DNA of 63,013 nt, counting the filler, from Choristocarpus tenellus KU-1152 (lineage: Eukaryota > Protista > Phaeophyceae), in NCBI GenBank assembly GCA_964200185.2. It is 10 parts of 10 records of this genome, joined end to end, with 100 filler letters (N's around TTAATTAATTAA, not from the genome) between each part and the next. Parts side by side here need not be neighbours in the genome. Positions count along the whole stretch, not along the records: positions 25,803 to 41,571 come from CAXNAD020000932.1; positions 41,672 to 49,951 come from CAXNAD020004900.1; positions 50,052 to 52,853 come from CAXNAD020024628.1; positions 52,954 to 57,608 come from CAXNAD020013605.1; 6 more parts are not named here. The stretch is one strand, 5' to 3'. Numbering within the stretch: the stretch's first letter is position 1; each line of letters begins with the position of its first letter. The translations under genes and the position numbers were made by a program. The notes under the pieces are model-generated. The model did no database searches, had not been told where the DNA came from, and was given only the letters and a program-made list of their open reading frames with translations. This document shows positions 40,688 through 53,035 of the stretch, piece after piece.

Positions 40688-40876
40688 TCAATCAAGGATT
40701 GTTCACACATGGTACGGCATCAGGTGAATCTCTAATGCCAGTTGAGTCAATCAAGAAGATGCACTACATTGCTGTAGAGCTTTCTGGCAGCAGAGGCGCA
40801 AGAGTTTTTTCAATGCACGCCCTTCACCAGATTAGAGCACAGAGTAGAGGACCGAAGAAATAGACACAGAGATAAA

Positions 40877-41133
40877 GAGTGAAAGTATCTTAGAGGTTAC
40901 AAGATTTGCCCTGTTTGTCCATTTGGGGCTTGGCATGGGTTTTTTTTAATGACATTTTCCTACTCCGAAATGTTTAGGATTAGGGTGAAATGTATATGTT
41001 TGTGAAAAGGCGTGTCCAAAACATAGGTATTGACACTTGCTAACAAACACGATATCTAAAATAAAATAAAATTGCAACACTGGATTTTGACCCACAAATG
41101 GACGCAACTCTACCCTCTAAGATACATTGGCTC
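40877..41133 (+). mobile_element. MITE family 1, full copy
   Basis: Same TIRs; flanks TAAA/TAAG. Confidence 0.92.
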
Positions 41134-41671
41134 TAAGATCCCTCTTTATGTTGCATACACATATGGTTCGAAATAAAAGAAAGAGTGTTGTGCACAGTGG
41201 TTTGCATAATCCTTCCCCACTTGAGATCCCATAGTATGTAGGAATCGGGATGTGATATCAGCTTGAAGTCTGGATGCCTTAAAGAATCTGATGACATGAC
41301 ATGTTCTTGACTGTTGGGACCATACTTATAGCACTATAAAAATCGATTCCTGTGCTCTGACATGGTCCATGGGTAGAATAGATGCTGGATAATGTGAAAC
41401 TCAGACCATGGGGTATGTATGCATATCTTCAATGCTCCCAAAATATCTAGAGAAGACAATTCCCATCCCCTGACACGCCTTTTGCACCCTCCCCCCCCCA
41501 ACCCACCACACCCCCACCCCCCCCTCCCCGCACGCACACCCCCCCCCCCCTTTCGCCATCCCCCCCCTCGTNNNNNNNNNNNNNNNNNNNNNNNNNNNNN
41601 NNNNNNNNNNNNNNNTTAATTAATTAANNNNNNNNNNNNNNNNNNNNNNNNNNNNNNNNNNNNNNNNNNNN

Positions 41672-41741
41672 ACCAAAAAGTGCAAATCGAAAAAAGGGTG
41701 AAAAACGGACGCCGACACCCCCCCCCCAGGTACTTTGACCC
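41672..41741 (-). mobile_element. Terminus of a fifth related TIR element (contig-truncated)
   Basis: AAACGGACGCC...CCCCAGGTACTTTGACCC. Confidence 0.6.
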
Positions 41742-41751
41742 TGTAGTAGTA

Positions 41752-44042
41752 CAGTGGATGTAGACATGGGTCGTTGCCTCTTTCACTGTGACGATGGTAA
41801 GGTAATTTACATATTGAGACATCAATATTTTGGGAAAGAGTACTTGACCACCAGCTAATGATACGCTTTGTTTATTATAAGCGAGGGTGGGGACAACCGA
41901 AAAAACACTCTCTTATATCCCGATTCTCTCTTATTGTATATAAGAGCTCTTAAATCGAGGGATCGTGATAAGAGAAACTATGTTATATCGAGCAACGTGC
42001 TCGTAGGCACTTTACACTTGTACCCGAACGACGACAGAGCGACACCCTTGCTGTATATGCTTCCCATGTGCCTTCAAGACTAGTTACATGTAGATATGTA
42101 TGGAGCACTGCCCTCGGTGAGCCCATTTTGATGAAGCTGTGGTGGTGCAGCAAGCACCACATCCACACCACCCCTGCACAGTATACCAGTGTCATATGTA
42201 CACAGTACTATAACTTTCGTAAATTACACTCATTGTGATGTATTCACTCGTATGTATAGTACACCTTCCCAAGAAAAGCATCCACAAGCCATTGGATTGG
42301 TGGACAGATGACTCGCAGTTCAAATCAAATCAACGTTCAAAATCAACCTCCCTCCGATGCCCTGCCCTATGTATTCAATTGTACTCTACAAGGATACTAT
42401 ACAGAACAGTATCAAAAACGCCGCCGTGGATCAAATGCAGCTGCACCACCATGGACCCCCCATCGCACGCACTGAGTAAAACAACTTATTTGCTAATAAA
42501 AAATCGTGACTGAAAAAAAAATCGGGGGTGTCTGCTTGTCTGATTGCCCTTGCCCTGATTTCACTGAGTCAAGCCAGCTTTGCTTTCTGGAGATAGAACG
42601 AAAAATATTTTTTGCTACACTCTTCGGCGGTTGTTTCTAAGCTTGCAAACTCGTCAGCTACTTGAGAGTATGGGGGTGGAGGAATCGAGAACATTGAAGA
42701 GGCTACTCCTTTTCTCGGCCCCCAATGTGCTGCCCCCTCCCATAAACCCACCGCCATCCTTATCAGCTGAGCTTTCATTGTCTCAGTGGTACTAGGGTTC
42801 CTTGAGCAGTTGGTCTTTCATGTCCTCTAGTATTGCATTGGCAACTTCGTCGTTGTCTTCCACATCGATCCACGCTCTCACTGCGTCCATGGAAGCCTGA
42901 GATGGTTTTCCGCCGGGTTTGAGGTGCAGAGCATCAAGAATATTGGAGAGATCCTCATTAATATATAGAGACACCTTGTGGGACTTACCTCTACGAGCAA
43001 AATGACCACCTGTGATACTATAGTAGTACACAGTACAGAAATTACAGTATGACAGAAATGCGTGCAAAATTTCAAAAAATTCAATGATGATCCTCGCCAG
43101 CAGACAGTCCAGAAAGACAATTCAATCATGATCACAATCAACCTACTTTCACACTTTCAATCCACACGCTGATGCACCTCGACATGTTTGGCACCCCTTG
43201 TAGACTTGTTGTCAGGCTTCAGCGTCTGAGCTTTCTCCATGATGGTGTTGCCTCCTCCAACTTGTAGAGGGTGCTGTGACCGATTCCAAACTTTTGAGCA
43301 ATCACAGTTCCTGTAATGGTCTTCAGGAGTGTCAACACTTCCACCTTCTCCGTAAAGCTCAAGTTTTTGTGATTGTAGGCACACCACGAGGCTTGTAGAA
43401 TGCATCTTTCTCGTTAGATTTATTTGGCAGCACCTTCCCCTTGCCCTTGTTCTTCTTATCATGGCGCTTTGGTGCTGTGTTTTCACCGGCTGGAGGACTC
43501 GAAGCCTTGCACTTGGTAGGGCTCATGCACAATTTGCACACACATTTCATTTCTCTGGTCCCCAAAAGGATCCATGACGCTGCATATATATGCCATGAAG
43601 ATAGCTGCTTCAAACGGGACACTTATGGCATGTATAGAGTGACAAACCCAGAGTATTAACCTGTATGTTGCAGCTGGATCCCACTGTGCAGGGCACTGTT
43701 ACATGTGTACAATGCAGTCGTTTGAACTTGATGCGATATACTGTATGTACTGTACTGTACAGTACTGAGAGACAAAATACTGCTATATGCTCTGTGTCCT
43801 GCTGGTCTCGAGCAGGTTTGTACCTTCCTTCGTTATATTTTGGTTAACTTTAGAATAGCTTTTTGGGAAACACCTCAGTCAAGTAGTGAAAAAAAATGCA
43901 AGGTTGCTCGATATAAGAGAGAATTGACAGGAAAACAACGACACCTCTCTTATAGCCTAAAAAGTCGTGACAAGGCAATTTACCCTTTCTTATATCCCAT
44001 TTTCTCTTTTATCGACCTCTCTTATATAGAGGTACACCACTC
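41752..44042 (-). mobile_element. pogo/Tigger-like non-autonomous DNA transposon, both ends present
   Basis: TA|CAGTGGATGTA at the left end and TACACCACTC|TA at the right, with repeated CTCTCTTATA subterminal motifs. The minus strand encodes a CENP-B-type HTH (VIAQKFGIGHSTLYK, ~43320-43260) and a C-terminal domain, but no DDE core. Confidence 0.8.
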
Positions 44043-44405
44043 TAATAGTATTTTTCAATGTTCCACATATCAAGAATAGTTTTCAGTTGGGTATTAGTTG
44101 AAAATGGACACGTGAATTAAATTAAATAATTGAAAAAATGATGGAAACGTTCGTCCTTATTGTGGTAAAACAATACGGTTTCGTTGCACGCTGAGGTGCT
44201 AAGCACCAACCACAGAAAGGTTGACGTGTTACTCCTATTAGAACTCAATTAAACATACTAACATTGAAGCGAAAGGGGAGTCGCATCCAGTATGCGCACT
44301 CGGCCTTCCACAGCCAATCCAGGGGGCTTAGGATCAGCCAGGGTATGCTTCAATCGCCCTGGTACCGGGAAGGAATTCGCCAGAGGAAGAGTAGGATCGC
44401 GAACA

Positions 44406-47400
44406 ATGCAGAATTCCAAATCACAGCCCTTGCCCTATGCAAAAAAGTCTGGAGAATACGGTACGTTGTTCACTGCACCCAGGACACTGAGAGTAGCTGG
44501 GGGCGTCGATATCGCAGCAAAGAAGATTCTCAACTGGTACATGCTTCCATCGAAGGGGGGCTGGGTACCTTCAGCGAGGGCGGTGAGACCTCACTTTTAA
44601 ACATAGGTGCGACAGGCATAGTGAGAAGCTTTGGGTTGCGGTGGTGTGCGGGCAACGATAGGGGATAGCATATCGCGATAGAAAACTCGATATACTTTCC
44701 TGCAAGATAGTGGCCACGGAGTAGGGCACGGTCTCCTGTGACAAGTTTCTATCGTCCCTAATAAAGCTTGTCGTCACACCAATAAGGCTTCTCCAATCGC
44801 GAGGGTCAACACACGAAAACATGTTGACCTTGTACTCGTGACTCTTTGCATAGGACCTATATCATCCTTGCTATGACCTGATATGAGTTGACCTGCTCGT
44901 TCGCCCTTTCACTCCTGGAAAGGGTCACACCACAGTTGCAGTGGGCAAAACCTTACTCACCTTCGGAGGGATCACTTGTGGCGAGCGGGTGGACGAGGTA
45001 AACAAAAGACCTACCAGTCCTCTATATCTCACGATACAATTGTTTTTTTTGCGTCCGTGGGGCAAGCCTTGCTTGCATTCCCATGTTGTTACACCAGTAC
45101 CACTAGACTGTACTTGTACCACACACGGTGGTGTCCAGTCGGTACAATGCAGTGTGTTTGTGCATCAAAACACGGATTTTGAACCTCATCGTGGGCGTCA
45201 TTAGTAGTATGCCCTGAGAGAGCAATACACCTCACTAATTGTTGACTTCCCCAGGTGTGTATATTGTGCAGTTGTATATATCCTCTCTCTCCTACTCAAG
45301 GAACACAACCCACCCCTCCACCAGCCGTCATGGTCCCAATCTCCTCCACTACCTACACATCATCTCTATATGACTACTATAATCATGTGCACCAGTAGAT
45401 AAGTCATGTACATTTTGGATGGTATTTCTGATTGTAACACCGCCAAGACAAAAACCATGCAAGAATAACAGGTGGCAAGATTTGACCTGGAGTCGCGTTC
45501 GTGGCTCCAACTGAAGTGCCGAGGAACTCGCAAGTCTTTTGGTGGAACATTTCGGCAGGGTACACCAACTGCGAGATCTTTTCATGCAGCTTGGGTGCAT
45601 GATAAAGGGGTGTTTGTGCATGGGGGCGAGGGTCCAGTAGAGCAAAGGGGTGAAGGTGTAGACATTGCTGCCCTTAGAGGGCAGGGTGGTGTCCATTGTG
45701 CAAAAGATGATGAGGGCATAATGATATCTGAGGACCTCATGGTTAAATCAAGAGACCCCAAGCGACAGCAGGTTGAGATTCTGGATGATGTCTGGAGACT
45801 TGACACAGAGACCTTGGAGTGGGAGCAGGCGAGACAAAATGTTTGGTTGGGGAGAAAAAGTAAGCGAGATAGACTGGGAGGCTTATGTCAGTCGCACATT
45901 GGGATATCTCATGCTTGAGTGCCAAACAGTGTTTATTGTAACATGATTCAGTGAGGACCTGGAGCAAACAACTGAGTTCCTTCTACTGTAGTCAGACACC
46001 TTTCTGTTGCCTGACTAAAGCCAGCAATGCTGCTCCTCTAACATAGTGACTTCATTGTGCAGGCAGTTCAAGACAAACTTTCTGGCTATGTCTGCATTTT
46101 AAGACCCCCTTATCAGGGCATGGTACGATGTTCTGTACTAGAATTAGATTACGTGGGCCTTTTACAGGCAAGGCTAGGTAGAGGACAAGAGATAGTATAC
46201 ACTTCTTGTTTGTTGGCATATAGTTTATTATACTAGTCTGCAACAGGTCAATTTCATGATCAGTGAACTTTGATACCCTTCAACAAATCTATTGAATGAT
46301 TCCACCTCTCGTTCCCAACAGCAGCTGAAACATACCAAAATGAACCTTACTATTATAGCTAACTCTAACACAACTGCACTTCTTGGGGGGGAAATATCTA
46401 TCCCTGGTTGGGTGTCTTCGGGAACAAATCTCAAAGCTATCCTCCCGCCTGGCTCCATTGGGGCGTAAGGGCCATGCAGCCACCCTTGTCTTCCACCGAG
46501 GAGAGAAGTGTGTACTAATCTTTGGTGGCGCCCCTGCTGGACACCGCGGCTTGAGCAATACACTATATTTAGTTGATCAACAAGACCTGAACCTAGGGAA
46601 GGGTCTATGGGAGAGGCCTTCAGTTGCAGGGAAAGTACCTTTACCTAGGCAGGGGCATACACTCACTGCTGTGGACAGTGGGTTGCGTGTTGTGCTTTTT
46701 GGGGGAGTTAGTGACAAGGGTAATCTCCTGAATGATGTACAGGTGAGTGCCTTTAAGCGCAATGAGTTATCCCGTTTCTAGGGGAAGGTGGAAGCCTTGC
46801 CTTCAGGTTATCGTGCTAGAGTAGTGTCAGACAAGTATATTAAATCAAATGCATGCTGACAATGTAGTGGCGATTGCTTTTCTAGTATTGTTTTGGGCAG
46901 TAACTGTACAGGTGCTGTGGCAATGAGAACACTACCAGCCAGCAAGGAACCCATTTTAGATTGAAGAAATAAAAACCTCTTTACTGTATTCCAAGAGGAG
47001 CACCACTCTTTTATTGGAGGGACCCTCGATCATTTCTTGCACTGCTGGCTTGATGCCATCCACATGCTGGTGATTCAGAGTTCAAAATTTTTGTCATGGA
47101 CTGACGTTTTAGCGCAATTTGCAGCTTTTGCACTTATCTGAGCCTCTTATTTCAGGTTCTCATCTTTCACATTGTACAAAAAAAGAGTATATTTAAAAAA
47201 TATATTTTCAGTGTTTATATGTGTGAGTTAGATACAGAGGTGAAATGCACTTTGTGCCGTTCCGAAACTTTGATTGCCCCACGATCAAACAACAAATAGC
47301 CGTGAGCATTAGGGTTGATACATGTGCTTGCATTGCCTGAAATGCGCCCAAAAGAAACCTCTTCTTCCTGTTGTGTGCTGTGGGCCAAAGAGGCACCATA

Positions 47401-49590
47401 CTTGAATTACACAGTTTCAGTATATTTTGTTGAGTCATGCATTGGGAATGTGAAGCCCTAATTCCACTTCATACACTAAGTGAAAGTATCTTACAGGTAC
47501 GAGTTTTGCCCTGTTTGTCCGTTTGGGGCTTGGCTTCCCATGTTTTTTTAGTGACATTTACCTACTCCGAAATGTTTTGAAGTAGATAAAAAGCGTATGT
47601 TATGAAAAGGTGCGTCTGGAAAAATGATATTGAAACTTCCTAACAAACACGACAGCCAAAATTACATCAAAATTGCAACATTGATTTTGGCCTTCCAACG
47701 GACGCGGCCCTACCCTCTAAGATAATTTGACTCTCTCATACTTGCAAAACAAAAAATCAACCCCTCGACAAACTCTAATGCAAAGAGAGAGAGGGAAATC
47801 CAATCAATGTTCGATCATGTTCCTTGAGCATAGCTACCATTGCTATATAGCCAAGTACAACAGTTCCCACAATACAGTTTCAGCTTGATTCCCATTCAGA
47901 CGGAAGAAATGTGGCTCACCCAACTAGTGGAACAAGCACACTTTTGAGATTGAGAAAAGCAACAGATACCTTTACCTCATTCCCCGGCCTACTAATCCAC
48001 ACATATTGCATTGCGTTCTCATATGCAGGTCCTTGAAGTAGAGGGTGACCAGCTTGCTTGGGCACAGGTTGTGACACCAGTGGGCAGAGGTCCTAGTCCA
48101 CGGCAAGCCCATACCGCCTGTGAAATTCCTGCAGGATCCTGCCCCTCCTGCCATGGCCCAGGCCTGCTTGTTTTTGGTGGGGAGGGACGCGTAGGTACAG
48201 AACCTGCTATGTTGGTGGGGGTGGAGGGGGCCAAGGGAGAGAGCAAACGGAATGTGAAAGAGGACGCAACGGCGGGGTCGACTGGGAACAGAAAGAGTGT
48301 GTGCCCTACATATTCACACGACATCTTTATGTACAACATTAATGTGAGGAGGTTGCGTGATGTACTGGGAGAGAGGGGTTATGTTTGTGGGGTGATTCCA
48401 AATTTGATATCATTGAGTGGGCGGTGGGGAATGAGGAAGGGACCATGAAGGCTGTGAAGTGGAAGAGGGGTGCTCCTCAACATTGAACACCTGCTGCGTT
48501 CTAAACTGCTAATATTGGATCAACAGAATGACTGCATCTAGGAGTAAGACCCATCAGTACAAAGTGGTTCAGGGGTGGTCAAATGACCAATGAATGGATG
48601 AGCGAACTACCACTAGTCACAGGTTGTTTTGAATACACATCTATCCGAAGGCACAGTAGCCAATGTTGCCAGGGTTGATTGCAAGGCGCCCTGAGGCAAG
48701 CAGGACACATTTATGAAAGAAAGTATCTTAGAGGGTACGAGGTTTTCCCTGTTTGTCCATTTGGGGCTTGGCTTCCCCTGGATTTCTTATGACATTTTCC
48801 TACTCCAAAATGTTTTGGAGCAGATAATATGTAGATGTTATGAAAAGGTGTGAACGGAACAAGGATATTGACACTTCCTAACAAACGCGATAGCCGAAAT
48901 TACATCAAAATCGGAACATTGGATTTCGGCCCCAAACGGACGCGGCACTACCCTCTAAGCCACTTTGACTCTATCTCTGTTTGTAAGGCTTGTCTTGGCA
49001 CAATAATTCACTGTATATTGTGGTTTGAAAAGGTGGATGCAATCAATATGTCTTCTTTATTCGTATATTCATAGACATACAGAGCACACAAGATTAAAGT
49101 ACTTTCAAAGAACCATACACCAGTTGTAGAGTTGTACTGGAACAAGTTTATACTGTACAAGGTAGGGGCGATGTTCACAATGGAGGTAGTTGAGGGCCCT
49201 TCCAGAGAACTCTTGATATAGATACTGCGTTTAATCCTTGATGAAAATGTAAAGTTGAATTTATCTCTGTGGAAAAAACAGAGCCTGCTGGAAAGCCATC
49301 TGATTAAGGCCAATTGAAGATCTTGAACGAGTCCTGCCTTGTCCAACCTACCAAAACTTCCAGCTCTGACAAAAATTAATAAATATAGAATAAACCCATT
49401 TTTTACATATCAATGCTCCTCATGACTTTGCTACCAAAACCAGGAATCTTGTTGGCAGTCAGTGGAGACAGGACATGCATTCCCCAGTGGCCGTCAAGGG
49501 CACACCATGACGCTTATCGATGGGTGGACCCCTCCTCCATTTTATCCTGATGGTACCTTGGCATCTCTTCCTGACAATGGGCAAGATAAG
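44406..49590 (+). CDS. Kelch-repeat (beta-propeller) protein, 3'-truncated. Exons: 44406-44582, 44923-44997, 45472-45828, 46437-46742, 48029-48343, 49444-49590
   Basis: Repeated Kelch signature P-x-x-R-x-x-H...F/H-GG...D...W: PSARA|GHTT..LTFGG, PTARSFHAAW..VHGG, PLGRKGHAATL..IFGG, PLPRQGHTLT..LFGG, PSPRQAHTAC..VFGG, PSGRQGHTMT. All exon lengths are multiples of 3. The start codon is tentative. Confidence 0.87.
47478..47733 (+). mobile_element. MITE family 1, full copy
   Basis: Same TIRs; in an intron of the Kelch gene. Confidence 0.92.
48715..48971 (+). mobile_element. MITE family 1, full copy, TSD TAT
   Basis: GAAAGAAAGTATCTTAGAGGGTA...CTTTGACTC; TAT on both sides; in an intron of the Kelch gene. 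Confidence 0.9.
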
Positions 49591-49732
49591 GTTTGTGGAA
49601 AGATAAGGGAAGGGGGTATGCTGCAGTGCTTGGGTTTGTGCCTCGTCGGGAGATCAAATGTTTTGGAGTCGGGAGATCTATCACTCATGCCCCAGGTGTT
49701 CAGCACTACTAGCTGGACTTACCTATGGTGAA

Positions 49733-49951
49733 GAGTGAAAGTATCTTAGAGGGTACGAGTTTTGCCCTGTTTGTCCATTTGGGACTTGGCTTCCCATAGA
49801 TTATTTTATAACATTTTCCAACTCCAAATGTTTTGGAATACGTAAAATCTATATGTCATAAAAGGTCGTGTCCAGAACAAGGGTATTGACACTTCCTAAC
49901 AAACACGATAGCCAAAATTACATCAAAATCGCAACATTAGATTTTGACCCC
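49733..49951 (+). mobile_element. MITE family 1 copy (contig-truncated)
   Basis: 5' TIR and interior are present; the copy runs into the linker. Confidence 0.9.
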
Positions 49952-50051
49952 NNNNNNNNNNNNNNNNNNNNNNNNNNNNNNNNNNNNNNNNNNNNTTAAT
50001 TAATTAANNNNNNNNNNNNNNNNNNNNNNNNNNNNNNNNNNNNNNNNNNNN

Positions 50052-50374
50052 CTATTATCAAGCAGAATTTTATCGGGACCAAGTTGGGGAATCACTAAAG
50101 CTTCAACTGGCAATGTGGTGTCACCAAGTGTAAGTGCAAAACGAATAAATCCACGAATATGCAAAGGTGAACCATTTGTTGTATATAGATTTATTGCACC
50201 AGGTGGGACAGGATGCGCATCCAAACGTTTTAGTTGAGGGTGATTGCGAACAAATATTTTTGAAATACATGGTACATCACTAGCTGTGTCAATAGTCAAG
50301 TCATTTTCTTCCTGTTCTTCAATGGTGCCGGATACACGCACCCTTTGTGATGAAAACGACAAAGGTTTGGGCAT
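50052..50374 (-). mobile_element. Ty3/gypsy aspartic protease fragment
   Basis: LTIDTASDVPCIS...LYTTNGSPLHIRG...VEALVIPQLGPDKILLDN is a retroviral-type protease pattern. Confidence 0.75.
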
Positions 50375-50829
50375 GGATGGATATTGTGCGATATAGGCTA
50401 GGCAGTCTATAGGGAGTTATATAACAAATAATCTCATATACACAATATAAGGTACACCTCACTATTGTCCTATTTTGCACACTCCCCCATGAGAGTGCAG
50501 GCAATAAAAAGTTGCTGGAACTCTCAAACCTAAAACGTCTTATTGTGCACACTCCCCATTCTGCATAAAATCTACTGAAGAGTCGCGTATGATGGTAGCC
50601 TTAACATATACACATCCACAATAACTAGCAGCGATGCAAGACTCGGATCTTCTTCCACTATTCGCGAGAAGTCCAACCGATTCGGAAGTATCAGAATCGT
50701 CTGGAAGGTGCGCCCTGGAATCTGAGGATCCAGGGGACTCTCTCATTGCAGCCATAGACAGTATGCCTCCCATTCCCAACTCGACCATATTCGTCATGTC
50801 ACCTATCCAACGTACTAGTCAATTATGGA

Positions 50830-51723
50830 TATCTGCTCTCCTATGACATCCACGCAAAGTCCACTCGAGAATCCCCGCCCAGGTACTCCTTGACACAGGT
50901 GTAGGAGGTGGAAATTACATCTCATCTGTTTTCTAGTGCAGTGCTGAACTCTAAGGGGGTAGCAACGGCTTACCACACCTCCACAAAGCAGGCATGGGTA
51001 TGTTACAAGCAGCAAACCCTAGAGGGTATAATATTCCACCAATGCAACTATTGGGGTAATACATACTACCAATATTGTTTCCCCCAAAGGATAAAGTGCA
51101 AAACGTGAGATTTAGGGTAGTGGAAGGACTCCCTTGCGGAATGGTTCTAGCAGCAGCATTTTGTAGACAACACAAGAGCATATTGTCATTTAGAGAAGTT
51201 GAAGGCTTCAACAATCTCCACAGTCATCATGCATACCTTTTATGGGAGCTGTAACACCAATATCTCGTGATAATAGCTGCCTCACTATTCCCCAGTCAAG
51301 TCATTCTCCAAGATTAGACAGGATTAGTGAGACTGTTCAGTAGAGGAAAGGCGCGATACTCCTTCATATGGGGACAGAGAGGTTCGGTATAAATTGGTGA
51401 GTCTTAGTGACGCCAATATAGGACAGTTGACACCAGGACAAAAGGAGGTGTTTCTGAGACTGCTAGAAAAAATTAGAAATCTAGGGGTATTCCCAGAGGA
51501 CCCTAAGAGAGCTCCCCCATGCTCTAGAGGAGTAATACATATACAACTTTTAGACGAGAACTGCACACCCTATGCAGTGAAGCAGAGTCGCTTCTCTCCT
51601 GAAGAAACTCAAATGATTAAGTCAGAAGTCAAGCATTTACGTGAACGTGTTATAATTAGACCGTCCACCTCAGCATGGGCAGCGGCAGTTGTAGTGGGTA
51701 CAAAAAAAAGATGGGATCCTGAG
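50830..51723 (+). mobile_element. Ty3/gypsy pol remnant (protease + RT N-terminus), cut by a MITE at 51724
   Basis: VLLDTG, FRVVEGLPCGMVL, then IHIQLLDENCTPYAVKQSRFSPEETQMIKSEV...IIRPSTSAWAAAVVV..KKDG, the start of a gypsy RT. Confidence 0.82.
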
Positions 51724-51838
51724 GAGTGAAAGTATCTTGGAGGGTACAAGTTTTGCCCTGTTTGTCCAGTTCGGGCTTGGCTTCTCACGGATTTTTTATG
51801 ACATTTTTCCCACTTTGAAATGTATGTTTCGGAGTAGG
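51724..51838 (+). mobile_element. MITE family 1, 5' half
   Basis: GAGTGAAAGTATCTTGGAGGGTAC... inserted into the gypsy RT remnant. Confidence 0.88.
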
Positions 51839-53035
51839 CATCAACACATCAAAACATGTCCTGCCGTTACATTGTAATATGTCACTCATCTTGTGTAGCT
51901 AGTACTAACACAGAACTCCTCCAACAGTCCATTTAAACCAAGTAATAAGAAACCGAACATCTGAGATTCGAACTCATTACTTTACGCACACGAACACATA
52001 TCAATGACACTGGTACCACTTAGCCAACATTCCTATTGTCTAGAAGTGTTCACTACGCACATATAAACCATATAGACTATCAGCCTATATTGCACAATGA
52101 CCTCCCTGCGTGGGGTGATCTCGAAGTGTGCAACTCTCGATCAGAGGCCTTCAGTTCGATCTCCCCTGAAGACCAAGAAGAACAATACATTTGTCTACTT
52201 CATGTGGCCAACAACAGATAGCTCAAATGCATGCTTTCACCTGGAATGGAGGTGTGTGGGCCAGGCGTAGAGCTCTACTTGCGCGTGCCAGCCACTTGCC
52301 CTCTGTACTACATGCGTTGGACCGAGAAGGCAGACGACGCAAACATCGAATTCACGTCAAAAGTTCCGCAAAGCTGAAGCCGTCAACAGGTCCTCCTCCC
52401 CTTCTCCCAGGTTGGCCCCAGACAGATGTTCGTCACGCCCGTGATCGGGAGGGTGTGCAAACCCCGGGCAAAGAATGACACCAGATCACCATTCAATGCA
52501 CTCCCGGGTCTTAGGGTAGTGCATTCTCGTGGGTTCGAAGTGCTGGATTCGAACTCAGAATTGACGCCAATGACCACTAGAAAGCGCAAGTATCCCTCTT
52601 CCGGCACGGGTGGAAAGGGGGAAGGTCGCAACGTGTGGAGGGGCGCAGGTGATTTTGCCACGGAAGACGACCCGGAGTATGTCAGCAACGCGGAGGAGGA
52701 CAAGGAGGAAGAAGAAGATGGGTTAGGGTATGATACAGAGAAGGATGAAGAGGCTGACGAATAGGAGTAAGAAGATAATCGGGACGGGGGGCGGGAAGGA
52801 GGGAGGGGGGGGGGGGGAGAGAGAGAGAGAGAGAGAGAGATTGGGTGATTGAGNNNNNNNNNNNNNNNNNNNNNNNNNNNNNNNNNNNNNNNNNNNNTTA
52901 ATTAATTAANNNNNNNNNNNNNNNNNNNNNNNNNNNNNNNNNNNNNNNNNNNNTCATAGCATCGTTTTAAGGTCGTTGGATTTGAGTTGTACATCCTGGA
53001 AGGTGAGCATTGAGGGGCGCCTGTAACAAATCTCC

